A stretch of 64,000 nucleotides of DNA from Candidatus Iainarchaeum sp. GTDB lineage: Archaea > Iainarchaeota > Iainarchaeia > Iainarchaeales > JAAZKV01. The translations under genes were made by a program, and so were the position numbers. Below the pieces are notes generated by a model. The model was given only the letters and a program-made list of their open reading frames with translations. It did no database searches and was not told the origin of the DNA. The stretch covers positions 36,235 to 100,234 of the forward strand of contig JAQVNZ010000001.1 in assembly GCA_028702895.1 (NCBI GenBank), written 5' to 3'. Numbering within the stretch: the first letter of the stretch is position 1; the number at the start of each line of letters is the position of its first letter. Of the stretch, positions 41,987 to 51,144 are shown piece after piece.

Positions 41987-43647
41987 TATTTTTCACCAAA
42001 ATTTCTTTTGCTAATAAAATCTTGTGATAGTTTACTAACTTCTTTTAATTCGCGAATATTGTTTTCAACAAGATTTTCTATAAATTGTTTTCTTAAATAT
42101 AATTCGGCTTCAAGTTGATCTCTTGATAATCCTGTAAAATCTCTTAATTGACTTAAATAATTACTGTCAACTATTGTTCTTTCTAAATAATCTTTTACTG
42201 CGTCTCTTTGAAATAATGTTTGTGTTTTTGGGTTGCCTTCTATTCCTCCATATACTTCTGCGATCTCACTTATTCGTCTAATTGTTCCTTTCTTTTTATC
42301 ATGATATCTGTGTTCTACTATTATTATGTCAAGCCCAGATAACATTATTTTTGGAACATTCATTGGCGGGTTAGTTACTCGTACTATTGTTTCTTCTGGA
42401 GAATTAGCATGAACCGTTCCTAGACAACCATCATGCCCTGTATTAATAGCAGTAAATAACGTGAATGCTTCTTCGTGTCTTACTTCTCCAACTATTATTC
42501 TATCGGGTCTCATTCTCAAAGAATTTTTTGTTAAAATATCCATTTTTAATTCACCTGATCCTTCAAGTCCGGGTGGTCTAGCTTCTAATCTAATCCAATG
42601 TTTTAAGGGTAAATTTAATTCGGCCGTGTCTTCAATAGTAACTATTCTTTCTCTTTCTGGTATGAATGATGCTAGTACATTTAAGAGTGTAGTTTTTCCT
42701 GATCCTGTTCCACCACTAATAAGCATGTTCGCTGGTTTTGTTCCTAGTCCATCAACACTTACCCATAGGAATGCTGCTGCTTCGCTACTTAGTGTTCCCA
42801 TTCTAACTAAATCAATTATTGAATAAGGGTCTTTACGAAATTTTCTTATTGTTAGTGTTCCTCCACTAATACTTGCAGGGGGGATTGTGGCATTAATTCT
42901 ACTTCCATCAGTTAATCTTGCGTCTAATAAAGGCGCTGATACATCTACTCTTCTTCCAACTTCTCTAGCAATTTTATTTATTAAATCCTCTATTTCTTGT
43001 TCTGAAAAAAATTCTATGTTAGTTTGCATCATTTCAAATTCTCTATGAAAAACAAAAACAGGTTTTTTTGGCCCAACAATCATTATCTCTTCTAATTGAT
43101 CGTCTTTTATTAGGTCATCTATTAATCCATATCCAACCATTTCTCTTACAACTGCGTCAGCGTAAAATGATATTCTTGTTGGGGGAATATTTAGTGATGG
43201 ATTATTTCTTATGATATCTAATATTTTTTGTTTATAGATTATTCGTCTCTCATCATTATTTCTTATTCTAAATGGTGCAATACTAATTAGTCTTGTTGTT
43301 GCTTCTTTTATTGTATTAATTATTTTTCTTTCAGCGGAGGTGGGTCTTAGTGTTGGAACAAAATAATATTTTAGTGCTTTGCCAGGGATTTCATAAATAG
43401 TTGTTTTATCATATTTTTTTAATTCTATTTTTTTCTCTTTTTCTAATTCTTTTTCAACTTCTGTTTTTTCTTTTCCAGATGGTTCGATTTCTAATTTTTG
43501 ATCTATTTCGCTGTTAATTTGTTCTTCAAATTCTTTTAAATCTTCTTTTTTTATTTCTTTTGCAACAGTTTCTTCAATATCTTCTTCGTTTTTTATTGAT
43601 TGTGCTTTTGTACTTTTCATTAAGTCTTCTAAATAATCAGTTGCCAT
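41986..43647 (-). CDS. Pilus assembly ATPase (FlaI/PilB/TadA/EpdL-like)
   Basis: It contains LLDARLTDGSRINATIPP...GTLTIRKF, Walker A SGGTGSGKTT, IEDTAEL, RMRPDRIIVGEVRHEEA and GHDGCLGTVHAN. The N-terminal ~90 aa are acidic coiled coil. Confidence 0.85.
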   Translation of the reverse strand: MATDYLEDLMKSTKAQSIKNEEDIEETVAKEIKKEDLKEFEEQINSEIDQKLEIEPSGKEKTEVEKELEKEKKIELKKYDKTTIYEIPGKALKYYFVPTLRPTSAERKIINTIKEATTRLISIAPFRIRNNDERRIIYKQKILDIIRNNPSLNIPPTRISFYADAVVREMVGYGLIDDLIKDDQLEEIMIVGPKKPVFVFHREFEMMQTNIEFFSEQEIEDLINKIAREVGRRVDVSAPLLDARLTDGSRINATIPPASISGGTLTIRKFRKDPYSIIDLVRMGTLSSEAAAFLWVSVDGLGTKPANMLISGGTGSGKTTLLNVLASFIPERERIVTIEDTAELNLPLKHWIRLEARPPGLEGSGELKMDILTKNSLRMRPDRIIVGEVRHEEAFTLFTAINTGHDGCLGTVHANSPEETIVRVTNPPMNVPKIMLSGLDIIIVEHRYHDKKKGTIRRISEIAEVYGGIEGNPKTQTLFQRDAVKDYLERTIVDSNYLSQLRDFTGLSRDQLEAELYLRKQFIENLVENNIRELKEVSKLSQDFISKRNFGEK

Positions 43648-43783
43648 GCTAAAAATATGTTTTTTCGTTTATTTTAATGTTTTGGTAATATTAAAAAAAT
43701 TTTATTTTAAATTTTTTTTGACATTTTTTTAATTAATTATTCATTTTTTTCAAAATCATGATTTTTTCAAAAAATATTTTTAA

Positions 43784-45538
43784 TTATTTTTTTTCACTAA
43801 CTTCTTTTTTGATTTTACTAATAAAATCTTTTACCAAAATCGTTTCTTGTTCGCCATTTCTGTTTCTTATTGCAATGCTCTTTGTTTCAATTTCTCTTGC
43901 ACCAATTACTCCAATGTAAGGTGCTTTAATTTTTTGAGCATCTCGTATTCTATAACCAAGGGATTCGTTTCTGTTATCTAGGTTACTTCTTATTCCATTT
44001 TCTAATAATTCTTCATGAATTTTTTTAGCTTCATTAGAAAATTTGTCTGATACTGGAATAATTATTATTTGTTCTGGCGATAACCAAGTTGGAAATGCTC
44101 CACCATATTTTTCTATTAACATGGCCATTGTTCTCTCATAACATCCAATTGAACTTCGGTGTATTATGTAAGGGGTTTTCTTTTTTCCATCATTATCAAT
44201 ATATGTCATTTCAAATCTTTCTGGTAATGCGAAATCAATTTGAACTGTTATTATTGTATCTTCTTTTCCATACACATTTTTTGCTTGCAAATCTAGTTTT
44301 GGGCCATAAAATGCTGCTTCATCTTCTACTTCTTCATAATCTATTTTTAGATGATCCAATATTTTTTTCATTTCATTTTGTGAATGTTCCCATGCTGTAG
44401 GATTATTAATATATTTTCCTTTTTCATTTTTAGGATCCCATTTTGAAAATCTGTATGTTATATCATCTTTGATTCCGATTGATTCCATCACAAAATTTAT
44501 TAGTGAGATTACTGATTTGAATTCTTCTTCTAATTGTCCAGGTGTAACTATAACGTGTCCTTCGGAGAGAGTAAATTGTCTCACTCTTGTTAATCCATGC
44601 ATTTCTCCAGAACTTTCATTTCTAAATAATACTGATGTTTCAGCAAATTTTATTGGTAAATCTTTGTATGATTTTAAACCATTTTTATAAATCAAAAATT
44701 GGTAGGGACAAGTCATTGGTCTTAATGCTAATAATTCTTTTTCATTTTCTTGGTTTCCCATTATGAACATTCCATCTTTATAGTGTTCCCAGTGTCCAGA
44801 TATTTTGTATAAATCTGCTTTTGCCATATATGGCGTTCTTGTATAAACATATCCTCTTTTTTCTTCTTCGTCTTCAACAAATCTAGATAATATTTGAAAT
44901 AATTTTGCTCCGCGTGGCATTAGTAAAGGTAATCCTTGTCCTACTAATTCGTGTGTCATAAAAATATTTTGTTCTCGTCCAATTTTGTTATGATCATTTT
45001 TTTCAGAAGTTTCTTTTTTTTCTAACCACTCGTTTAACTCTTCTTTTGTTTTAAAAGCAATTCCATAAACTCGTGTTAATTGTTTATTTTTTTCATTTCC
45101 TTTCCAATAAGCACTAGAAATTTTTAATAACTTTATTGCGCCTATTTCTGAAATATTTTTTACGTGTGGTCCTTTACATAAGTCAATAAAATTTCCATTT
45201 GTATAAATGCTAACTTTTTTTTCTCCGCTTTGTTCTAATTCATTAATCATTTCTATTTTATATTCATTTTTTTCAAATAGTTTTTTTGCTTCTTCTATTG
45301 TTATTTCTTTTTTTATCATATCATCTTTTATTTTAATTATTTCTAACATTTTTTTTTCAAGTTCGATTAAATTATTTTCTTTCAATGTTTTTTCTAATTC
45401 AAAATCATAATGAAATCCTGTTTCTATTGGTGGGCCGATAGCGATTTTTACGGTTGGATAAATTTGTGTTAGTGCTTGTGCGAATACGTGTGCTGCACTA
45501 TGCCATATTTTTTCATTTTGTTTTTTTAATTCATCCAT
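43784..45538 (-). CDS. thrS: Threonyl-tRNA synthetase (bacterial-like architecture, no TGS domain)
   Basis: It starts at the editing/SAD region (WHSAAHVFAQAL), followed by the class II core (RVRQFTLSEGH..., FYGPKLD) and an anticodon-binding domain. I chose the ATG at 45538, preceded by a GGTGAT SD. The track starts at TTG 45550. Confidence 0.9.
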   Translation of the reverse strand: MDELKKQNEKIWHSAAHVFAQALTQIYPTVKIAIGPPIETGFHYDFELEKTLKENNLIELEKKMLEIIKIKDDMIKKEITIEEAKKLFEKNEYKIEMINELEQSGEKKVSIYTNGNFIDLCKGPHVKNISEIGAIKLLKISSAYWKGNEKNKQLTRVYGIAFKTKEELNEWLEKKETSEKNDHNKIGREQNIFMTHELVGQGLPLLMPRGAKLFQILSRFVEDEEEKRGYVYTRTPYMAKADLYKISGHWEHYKDGMFIMGNQENEKELLALRPMTCPYQFLIYKNGLKSYKDLPIKFAETSVLFRNESSGEMHGLTRVRQFTLSEGHVIVTPGQLEEEFKSVISLINFVMESIGIKDDITYRFSKWDPKNEKGKYINNPTAWEHSQNEMKKILDHLKIDYEEVEDEAAFYGPKLDLQAKNVYGKEDTIITVQIDFALPERFEMTYIDNDGKKKTPYIIHRSSIGCYERTMAMLIEKYGGAFPTWLSPEQIIIIPVSDKFSNEAKKIHEELLENGIRSNLDNRNESLGYRIRDAQKIKAPYIGVIGAREIETKSIAIRNRNGEQETILVKDFISKIKKEVSEKK

Positions 45539-45756
45539 TTTTATCACCAAGTATCAAATTTTTTCCTCAAAAAACTTTTTAAATTGTTTTTTTGAGTTTA
45601 AAGCGTGGTAGTAGCAAGAGTTGTCATTTTTAGTAGAATTAAATTATTACTTGCTTTTTCCATAGTAAATGTTTATTCTTTTTTGTATTTATATATAGTT
45701 TAATTTTTAGTGTAATAAAAAATACAGTGCTCTGAAATAAATTTGGCTAATATAAT

Positions 45757-46239
45757 TTATCTTGTTGCACGTTTACATCTTTCTTTTCCACAAAGAGAAT
45801 GGAATTCTTGACAATATACTTGTCCTCCACATTCTTTTTTATGTTTACAATTCTGCCAAGTAGTATTTGCGTTAATACTTGCTCCACTTTGGTGTATTAC
45901 GTTAGCAATAATATTACAATGTCGTTCATCAACGGCTTGTCTAGAATTAGTATTTATTATTCTAGTTTCTTGGTTTCTTGCAAAATATTCTTTTTCAAAA
46001 TCAGTTTTTGGTTTATTATTTGTAATTATATTATTATTCGTGCGCATCATATTATTTTTTAACATGGGATTAATGCCTTGTGGTTGTGATTGTCTTAATT
46101 CTTCTAGTTTTTCTTGGGGGATTCTCTCTCCATCACTAATATCAATAATAGAATTATTTTTTTGAGTATTATTCTGAGCTAATTTTGCCATTAGTTGATT
46201 AGTTTTTCTTGCTTCTTCAACAAAACCTTTTAGTGCCAT
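45757..46239 (-). CDS. Hypothetical protein with an N/Q-rich middle and a Cys/His-rich C-terminus
   Basis: The C-terminal 60 aa read HCNIIANVIHQSG...WQNCKHKKECGGQVYCQEFHSLCGKERC. This looks like a metal-binding module. No family was recognised. Confidence 0.4.
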   Translation of the reverse strand: MALKGFVEEARKTNQLMAKLAQNNTQKNNSIIDISDGERIPQEKLEELRQSQPQGINPMLKNNMMRTNNNIITNNKPKTDFEKEYFARNQETRIINTNSRQAVDERHCNIIANVIHQSGASINANTTWQNCKHKKECGGQVYCQEFHSLCGKERCKRATR

Positions 46240-46359
46240 ATACTAATTGAAAGATAAATAAATAAAAAGCTATTTGTTTTTTTCTTATTTATTTTTTGTT
46301 TTTTGGTTATTTAAAAGAGTTAATTATTTAGTTTGTAAATTTTTTATTTTTTTATAAGT

Positions 46360-47760
46360 ATGTTTAAAAGCATTAATTGGCCTATTTTAATCATGTTTAT
46401 CAATAAAAACGAATTAGAATTTTCAGAATGGTGGAACAAAATTATTTTTGAGGGCGGTTTAGCAGATAATCGGTATAAAATAAAAGGATTATTTGTTTGG
46501 ATGCCTTATGGTTTTAGTTTAATGAAAATGGTTAAAAAAAATTGGGATAATTTATTTGAACAAAATAATATTAGTGAGCTTTATTTTCCACTTTTTGTTC
46601 CGCAAGAATATGCTAAGCAAAATGAATCTTGGTGGAATTCATTTAAAGAACAAGCATTTTATGTGTTAGGATATTTTGATAACGAAAAAAAAGTTTTTCT
46701 AAGACCTACTGGTGAACCTGCAATGTATCCAATGTTTAGTCTTTGGATTAGAAGTCATCGTGATTTGCCTTTAAGAGTTTATGAAACAGTTAGTTCTTTT
46801 AGAAATGAAACAAAATCAACTAAAACTTTTGTTAGAGATGTAGAAATTGGTCCTTGGTATGAAATTCATACTGTTCATTCTACTAGAGAAGAAGCTGAGG
46901 CTGAAATAGAATTAGGAATAAAAATGAATGATATTATTTTTGATAATTTAGCAGTTTCAAGATTAAAAGTTAGAAAACCAATTCAGGATTGTTTTCCTGG
47001 TAGTGTTGGTGCTATTGAATTTTATACTTTGTTAAATGATAAGCTTGTTGAAAATGCTAGTTGTAATAATCTTGGGCAAGCATATGCAAAAGCGTTTAAT
47101 ATAAAATTTTTTGATGAAAATGAAAAAGAACAATTTGCTTGGCAAACTTGTACTGGTAATGGTGAAAGATTTTTATCTGCAATAATTGGTAATCATTCTG
47201 ATGATAAAGGATTAGTTTTGCCTCCAGTTGTTGCACCAATTCAAGTTGCAATTATTCCAATAAAAATTAGTGTTGATGAAATAAATAAATTAAATTTAGA
47301 TTTTAGTAATTTAAGAGTAAAAGAATTTCCTGTTGGAAAATCTATTGGTGACGTTCGTTATAAAACAGAAAAAATGGGTATTCCTTTAAGGATTGAAATC
47401 GGACCTAATGAGATTAGTGAAAAAAAAGCTGTTCTTATTTGGCGTAATGGTAAAAAAGAATCTTGTTTATTTTCAGATTTAAATAAAGTTGTTGTAACTG
47501 GGTTGGATAATTTTCAAAAAGATTTGAGATTAGCTTCTGAAAATGAAATGATTAAACGAATAAAAATTTGTGATAATAAAATAGACGCAAAAAAAGCAGA
47601 TATTGCGATAATTGGTTGGTGTGGTAGTGCTGAGTGTAGTGATTGGTTACAAACTGATTTGGAAAAAGAATTAATTGGAATGACTCTTGAAAAAAAGAAA
47701 GTGAAATGTCTTCATTGTGAAAAAGACGGTGAAGCAACATATTTTTCAAAATCATATTAA
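46360..47760 (+). CDS. proS: Prolyl-tRNA synthetase (archaeal/eukaryotic type)
   Basis: It contains FSEWWNKII..GGLAD.RY.IKG..VWMPYG, RPTGEPAMYPMF and SFRNETKSTKTF.RD.E, plus a C-terminal Zn-binding domain ending in ...Y. The start may be the internal ATG 33 nt downstream. Confidence 0.9.
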   Translation: MFKSINWPILIMFINKNELEFSEWWNKIIFEGGLADNRYKIKGLFVWMPYGFSLMKMVKKNWDNLFEQNNISELYFPLFVPQEYAKQNESWWNSFKEQAFYVLGYFDNEKKVFLRPTGEPAMYPMFSLWIRSHRDLPLRVYETVSSFRNETKSTKTFVRDVEIGPWYEIHTVHSTREEAEAEIELGIKMNDIIFDNLAVSRLKVRKPIQDCFPGSVGAIEFYTLLNDKLVENASCNNLGQAYAKAFNIKFFDENEKEQFAWQTCTGNGERFLSAIIGNHSDDKGLVLPPVVAPIQVAIIPIKISVDEINKLNLDFSNLRVKEFPVGKSIGDVRYKTEKMGIPLRIEIGPNEISEKKAVLIWRNGKKESCLFSDLNKVVVTGLDNFQKDLRLASENEMIKRIKICDNKIDAKKADIAIIGWCGSAECSDWLQTDLEKELIGMTLEKKKVKCLHCEKDGEATYFSKSY

Positions 47761-47928
47761 TTATTTTTTATTTATTTTTATTTATTTTTATTTATTTTTT
47801 GTTTTTTAATTAATTTTATGTAATATTATTTTTTTTGTTTATTTTTTAGCTATTTTTATTAATTCTTTTTTTATTTATTAATTTGTAAAAGGAGAAGCTT
47901 TTATTTTATTTCGTTTATTAGTTTATTA

Positions 47929-48060
47929 ATGAGAAAAACTTGTCCTGTTTGTAATAGTTCAAAATACCAACTTGTTGGTAAGGATTATGTTTGCGCTAAA
48001 TGTCATTTTGTTTCAAAACCTTTTTTTAAACCAAATTTTGTTGTGGGTGAAAAAAAATGA
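47929..48060 (+). CDS. Small Zn-ribbon protein (43 aa) coupled to nreA
   Basis: The hand-translated sequence is MRKTCPVCNSSKYQLVGKDYVCAKCHFVSKPFFKPNFVVGEKK, with CPxC...CxxC. Its stop overlaps the nreA start (ATGA). It is absent from the ORF track. Confidence 0.45.
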   Translation: MRKTCPVCNSSKYQLVGKDYVCAKCHFVSKPFFKPNFVVGEKK

Positions 48061-49289
48061 TTTCTCCAGAATTGTGTATTAAGTGTAAAGGCAAACTTCT
48101 TTGTGGACTAAAAAAATGTCCTATTCTTGAAAAAAATGCGTCTTCTAGTAAAATTGTTTCTAAATTAAAAAATAATTCTTTTAGTGGTGCAACACCTCCT
48201 GGGTTTTTTGTTTCATGGAATAATTATCCTAATGTTTCAGTGGCTCCGTTATCTGCTCTACCAGAAGAAATTTCGCCTATTTCTGATAAACCTGAAGAAT
48301 GGTTTGGTTTATCACAAGAAAAAATAATTTCTTTTCGAGAATCTCTTTTAAGATCTCATAAAACAATGCCTGTTTCTCTTGCAAGTAATCCTAATTATGA
48401 ATTATTAGATTTTCAAGAAATTGCAATGACTGATATTATTGTTGATGTGGAGGTTTCTTTAAAAAAATCGCCTAAGCTTGAAACAACGTTTGATTCTTTT
48501 TCTGCACCTTTAGGCCCTTCTGCTGAATTAGAAAAAATTTCTTTTACAAATAATGTTAGGGTTCCTCAAAAAGTAGATTATTTTGTTTCAGATACTGATG
48601 CAAAATCTAATACTGCCTTAATAGAATTATTCAAAGATGGTTTTCCAGTTTCGTTTCTTGCAAAAGTATTATCTTCTGGTGCGCTTGGTGTAAAAAAAGA
48701 TAGAAAACTTGTTCCTACTCGTTGGAGTATTACTGCAGTAGATTCTAATATTTCAAAACATTTTATTGAAAATAATTTGTCTCAAAACAAAATAATTGAT
48801 TCCTTTAAATTATTTCATTCTAATTATCTGGATAATGATTTTTGGATTTTATTATTACCTTTTGCGTGGTCTTTTGAACAAATTGAAGTTTGGTTGCCTG
48901 GTGGGATTTGGAATGTTAATTCAAAAGAATTTCAAATTTTATCAGATTATGAATTAAATTCTGGGCTAAAAGGGTATCCTAAAGAAACTGAAGGAGCATA
49001 TTTTGCATCCCGATTAGCAATAACAGAATTTTTGGTGGATAGAAAAGAAAACGCTTCTGCAATAGTTTTTAGAGAAATTGGTTCAAATTATGCTATTCCT
49101 TTAGGGGTTTGGCAAATAAGAGAAAATGTTCGTCATGCTCTTAAAGAAGAACCGCTCATTTTTTCAACAATGGATAATGTTTTAGAATTTTTATCAAAAA
49201 AATTATCAGTTCCAATATCTCAATATAAAACTAAATCAGTATTAATAAAACATTTTAAATCTCAAACAAGATTAAGTCAATGGTTTTAA
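48057..49289 (+). CDS. nreA: NreA-like DNA repair protein (Nre_N/Nre_C, formerly DUF650/DUF651) with a C-terminal PIP box
   Basis: The N-terminal LCIKCKGKLLCGLKKCPIL matches my recollection of the Nre_N Cys motif. The size of about 410 aa fits. The extreme C-terminus QTRLSQWF fits the PCNA-interaction consensus Q-x-x-[LIM]-x-x-[FYW]-[FYW]. Confidence 0.65.
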   Translation: MISPELCIKCKGKLLCGLKKCPILEKNASSSKIVSKLKNNSFSGATPPGFFVSWNNYPNVSVAPLSALPEEISPISDKPEEWFGLSQEKIISFRESLLRSHKTMPVSLASNPNYELLDFQEIAMTDIIVDVEVSLKKSPKLETTFDSFSAPLGPSAELEKISFTNNVRVPQKVDYFVSDTDAKSNTALIELFKDGFPVSFLAKVLSSGALGVKKDRKLVPTRWSITAVDSNISKHFIENNLSQNKIIDSFKLFHSNYLDNDFWILLLPFAWSFEQIEVWLPGGIWNVNSKEFQILSDYELNSGLKGYPKETEGAYFASRLAITEFLVDRKENASAIVFREIGSNYAIPLGVWQIRENVRHALKEEPLIFSTMDNVLEFLSKKLSVPISQYKTKSVLIKHFKSQTRLSQWF

Positions 49290-49374
49290 AATATTTTTTT
49301 GAAATAATTTTTTTAAATAATACTTAGTTTGTTAATGTTCTAAAATTAATTTTGTTAATTTATTTTGTTTGAAT

Positions 49375-50340
49375 TTATTTTTTGTATTTTAAATATTGTG
49401 CGATTAATGCTTCTAATTGTATTCTTTCGTTCGCACCTTCTACTAATCTAAAATCATATTCTCCAATAGTATCAACTAATTCTATTTTTGTTTGATTAGA
49501 TATGTGTTCTTCGCTAAGATTCATTGTTTCGCGATATAATTGTTTTATTATATCTTCTCCACTCATTCCATATTCATACATTAATTGGTCTAATTTTTTT
49601 CTAGCTTCTAAAAAATTTCCATCTAATGCTAATAAAATCATGTCTTGTATTTGCTCTGGTCTTGCACGTGAAGAAACACTATAAATAATTTCGGAATCTA
49701 TTTTTTCATCAATACTAGAACTAGCTTGTAAAATATTTATTGCTTTTCTTAAATCGCCTTGAGCAACATAATTTATTGCGTCTAAAGCATCATCAGTAAT
49801 ATCAATTTTTTCAATCAAAGCTATTTTTTTTATTTGATTTTTTATTTCTTCACCATTTAATGGTTTAAATCTATAAACTACACATCTGCTTTGTAATGGA
49901 TCAATTATTTTTGAAGAATAATTACAACTTAAAATAAAACGACAAGTTTTAGTATATTTTTCCATTGTTCGTCTTAATGCTTGTTGAGCATCATTTGTTA
50001 GTGCGTCACATTCATCTAAAAAAATAATTTTAAAATTTGAATCAAAAGCAAGAGTTCTTGCAAAATCTTTTATTGTATGTCTTACAATATCAATTCCTCT
50101 ATCATCACTTGCGTTTAATTCTAAAAAATTTTGGTCAAAATTTTCTTTGAACAATTCTTTTGCAAGAGCAATACTTGAAGAAGTTTTTCCAGTTCCTGCT
50201 GGGCCTGAAAGTAATAAGTTTGGAACATTTTTTTGATCAATATAACTTTGTAATCGTTTTGTTAAATTATCGTGCCCAATAACATCAGCTATTTTTTTAG
50301 GTCTATATTTCTCAACCCATGGCAAATTATCTTGTTCCAT
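49375..50340 (-). CDS. rfcS: Replication factor C small subunit
   Basis: It contains PWVEKYRPKKIADVIGHD, Walker A SGPAGTGKTS, DECDALT, the SRC motif (QSRC) and a C-terminal collar domain. Confidence 0.9.
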   Translation of the reverse strand: MEQDNLPWVEKYRPKKIADVIGHDNLTKRLQSYIDQKNVPNLLLSGPAGTGKTSSSIALAKELFKENFDQNFLELNASDDRGIDIVRHTIKDFARTLAFDSNFKIIFLDECDALTNDAQQALRRTMEKYTKTCRFILSCNYSSKIIDPLQSRCVVYRFKPLNGEEIKNQIKKIALIEKIDITDDALDAINYVAQGDLRKAINILQASSSIDEKIDSEIIYSVSSRARPEQIQDMILLALDGNFLEARKKLDQLMYEYGMSGEDIIKQLYRETMNLSEEHISNQTKIELVDTIGEYDFRLVEGANERIQLEALIAQYLKYKK

Positions 50341-50457
50341 ATTATTTTTTGGTTTGGTAATAATTAAATATGGATTGTTTTTAATTTTATTTTTTGTATT
50401 CGCAACAATTAAAAGCTTAATATTATTAATTTACATTAGAATATTTTTATTGATTAT

Positions 50458-51106
50458 TATGGATAAATTGGATGAAAAGCAATTTTTAGTTTTTTTAATA
50501 ATTTGGTTTTTAGTAGCCTATTTGATAATGTGGTTTATGGGTGGCGCTTGTTTAAGCTTTTTTGTTGCTCCTAGCGAAGTAAATTCCGTTTGTATGTCTA
50601 ATAATCTTCTTAGTGGATTAACTAGTATTCCAGTAATTGGTTTGCTGATTCCTTTTACTCCTTGGGTATCTTTATTTTATTGGTTTGCGCCAATACTTGG
50701 GTTTGTTTTCGCATTTTTTGGAATAACTTGGTGGAATAATTATTTTAAAACTAAAGAAGCTAGTGGAATTTTGTTTGTAATAGTAATCTTATTATTTTTG
50801 GTGTTGGGTCATTTTATTACTACTAATTGGTATTATTCAAATATTACATTATCTCCTCAAAATAATGTTCAATATGGGTTACATTTTTGTTTTGATAATA
50901 ATCCTATTTCTTGTAATGAATTTGTTAATAATATTAATCAAGAATATATTTCGCAATACCAATCTTATGGTGGTTCTTTAAAACAATTAATTTTAATAGA
51001 TTTTTGGGCGACTTTGCGTAAAAATATATTTTTAACATTTATTCTTGGAGCAATTATTGGTTGGATTCCATTTTTTGTAAAAAGAATTATTGCTGATAAA
51101 AAATAA
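50458..51106 (+). CDS. Hypothetical membrane protein
   Basis: It has 4-5 TM segments. I chose the ATG at 50458. The track ORF starts at TTG 50354, only 13 nt from the divergent rfcS start, which leaves no room for promoters. Confidence 0.45.
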
Positions 51107-51144
51107 TAGTTTTTATTTTTTTCACTTATTTTTTTATTATTTTT

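Noticed and set aside
47761-47800. Short tandem AT-rich repeats, considered as CRISPR-like or functional arrays. They are TTTATTTTTA x4 at 47761-47800, CAATCTAATTTTTTTAAA x2 at 62047-62086 and TTTATTTAATTA-type repeats at 53280-53320.
   Set aside because: The units are 10-22 nt with no unique spacers and are pure AT low complexity in terminator/spacer regions. There is no repeat-spacer architecture and there are no cas genes. No CRISPR array is present in the window.
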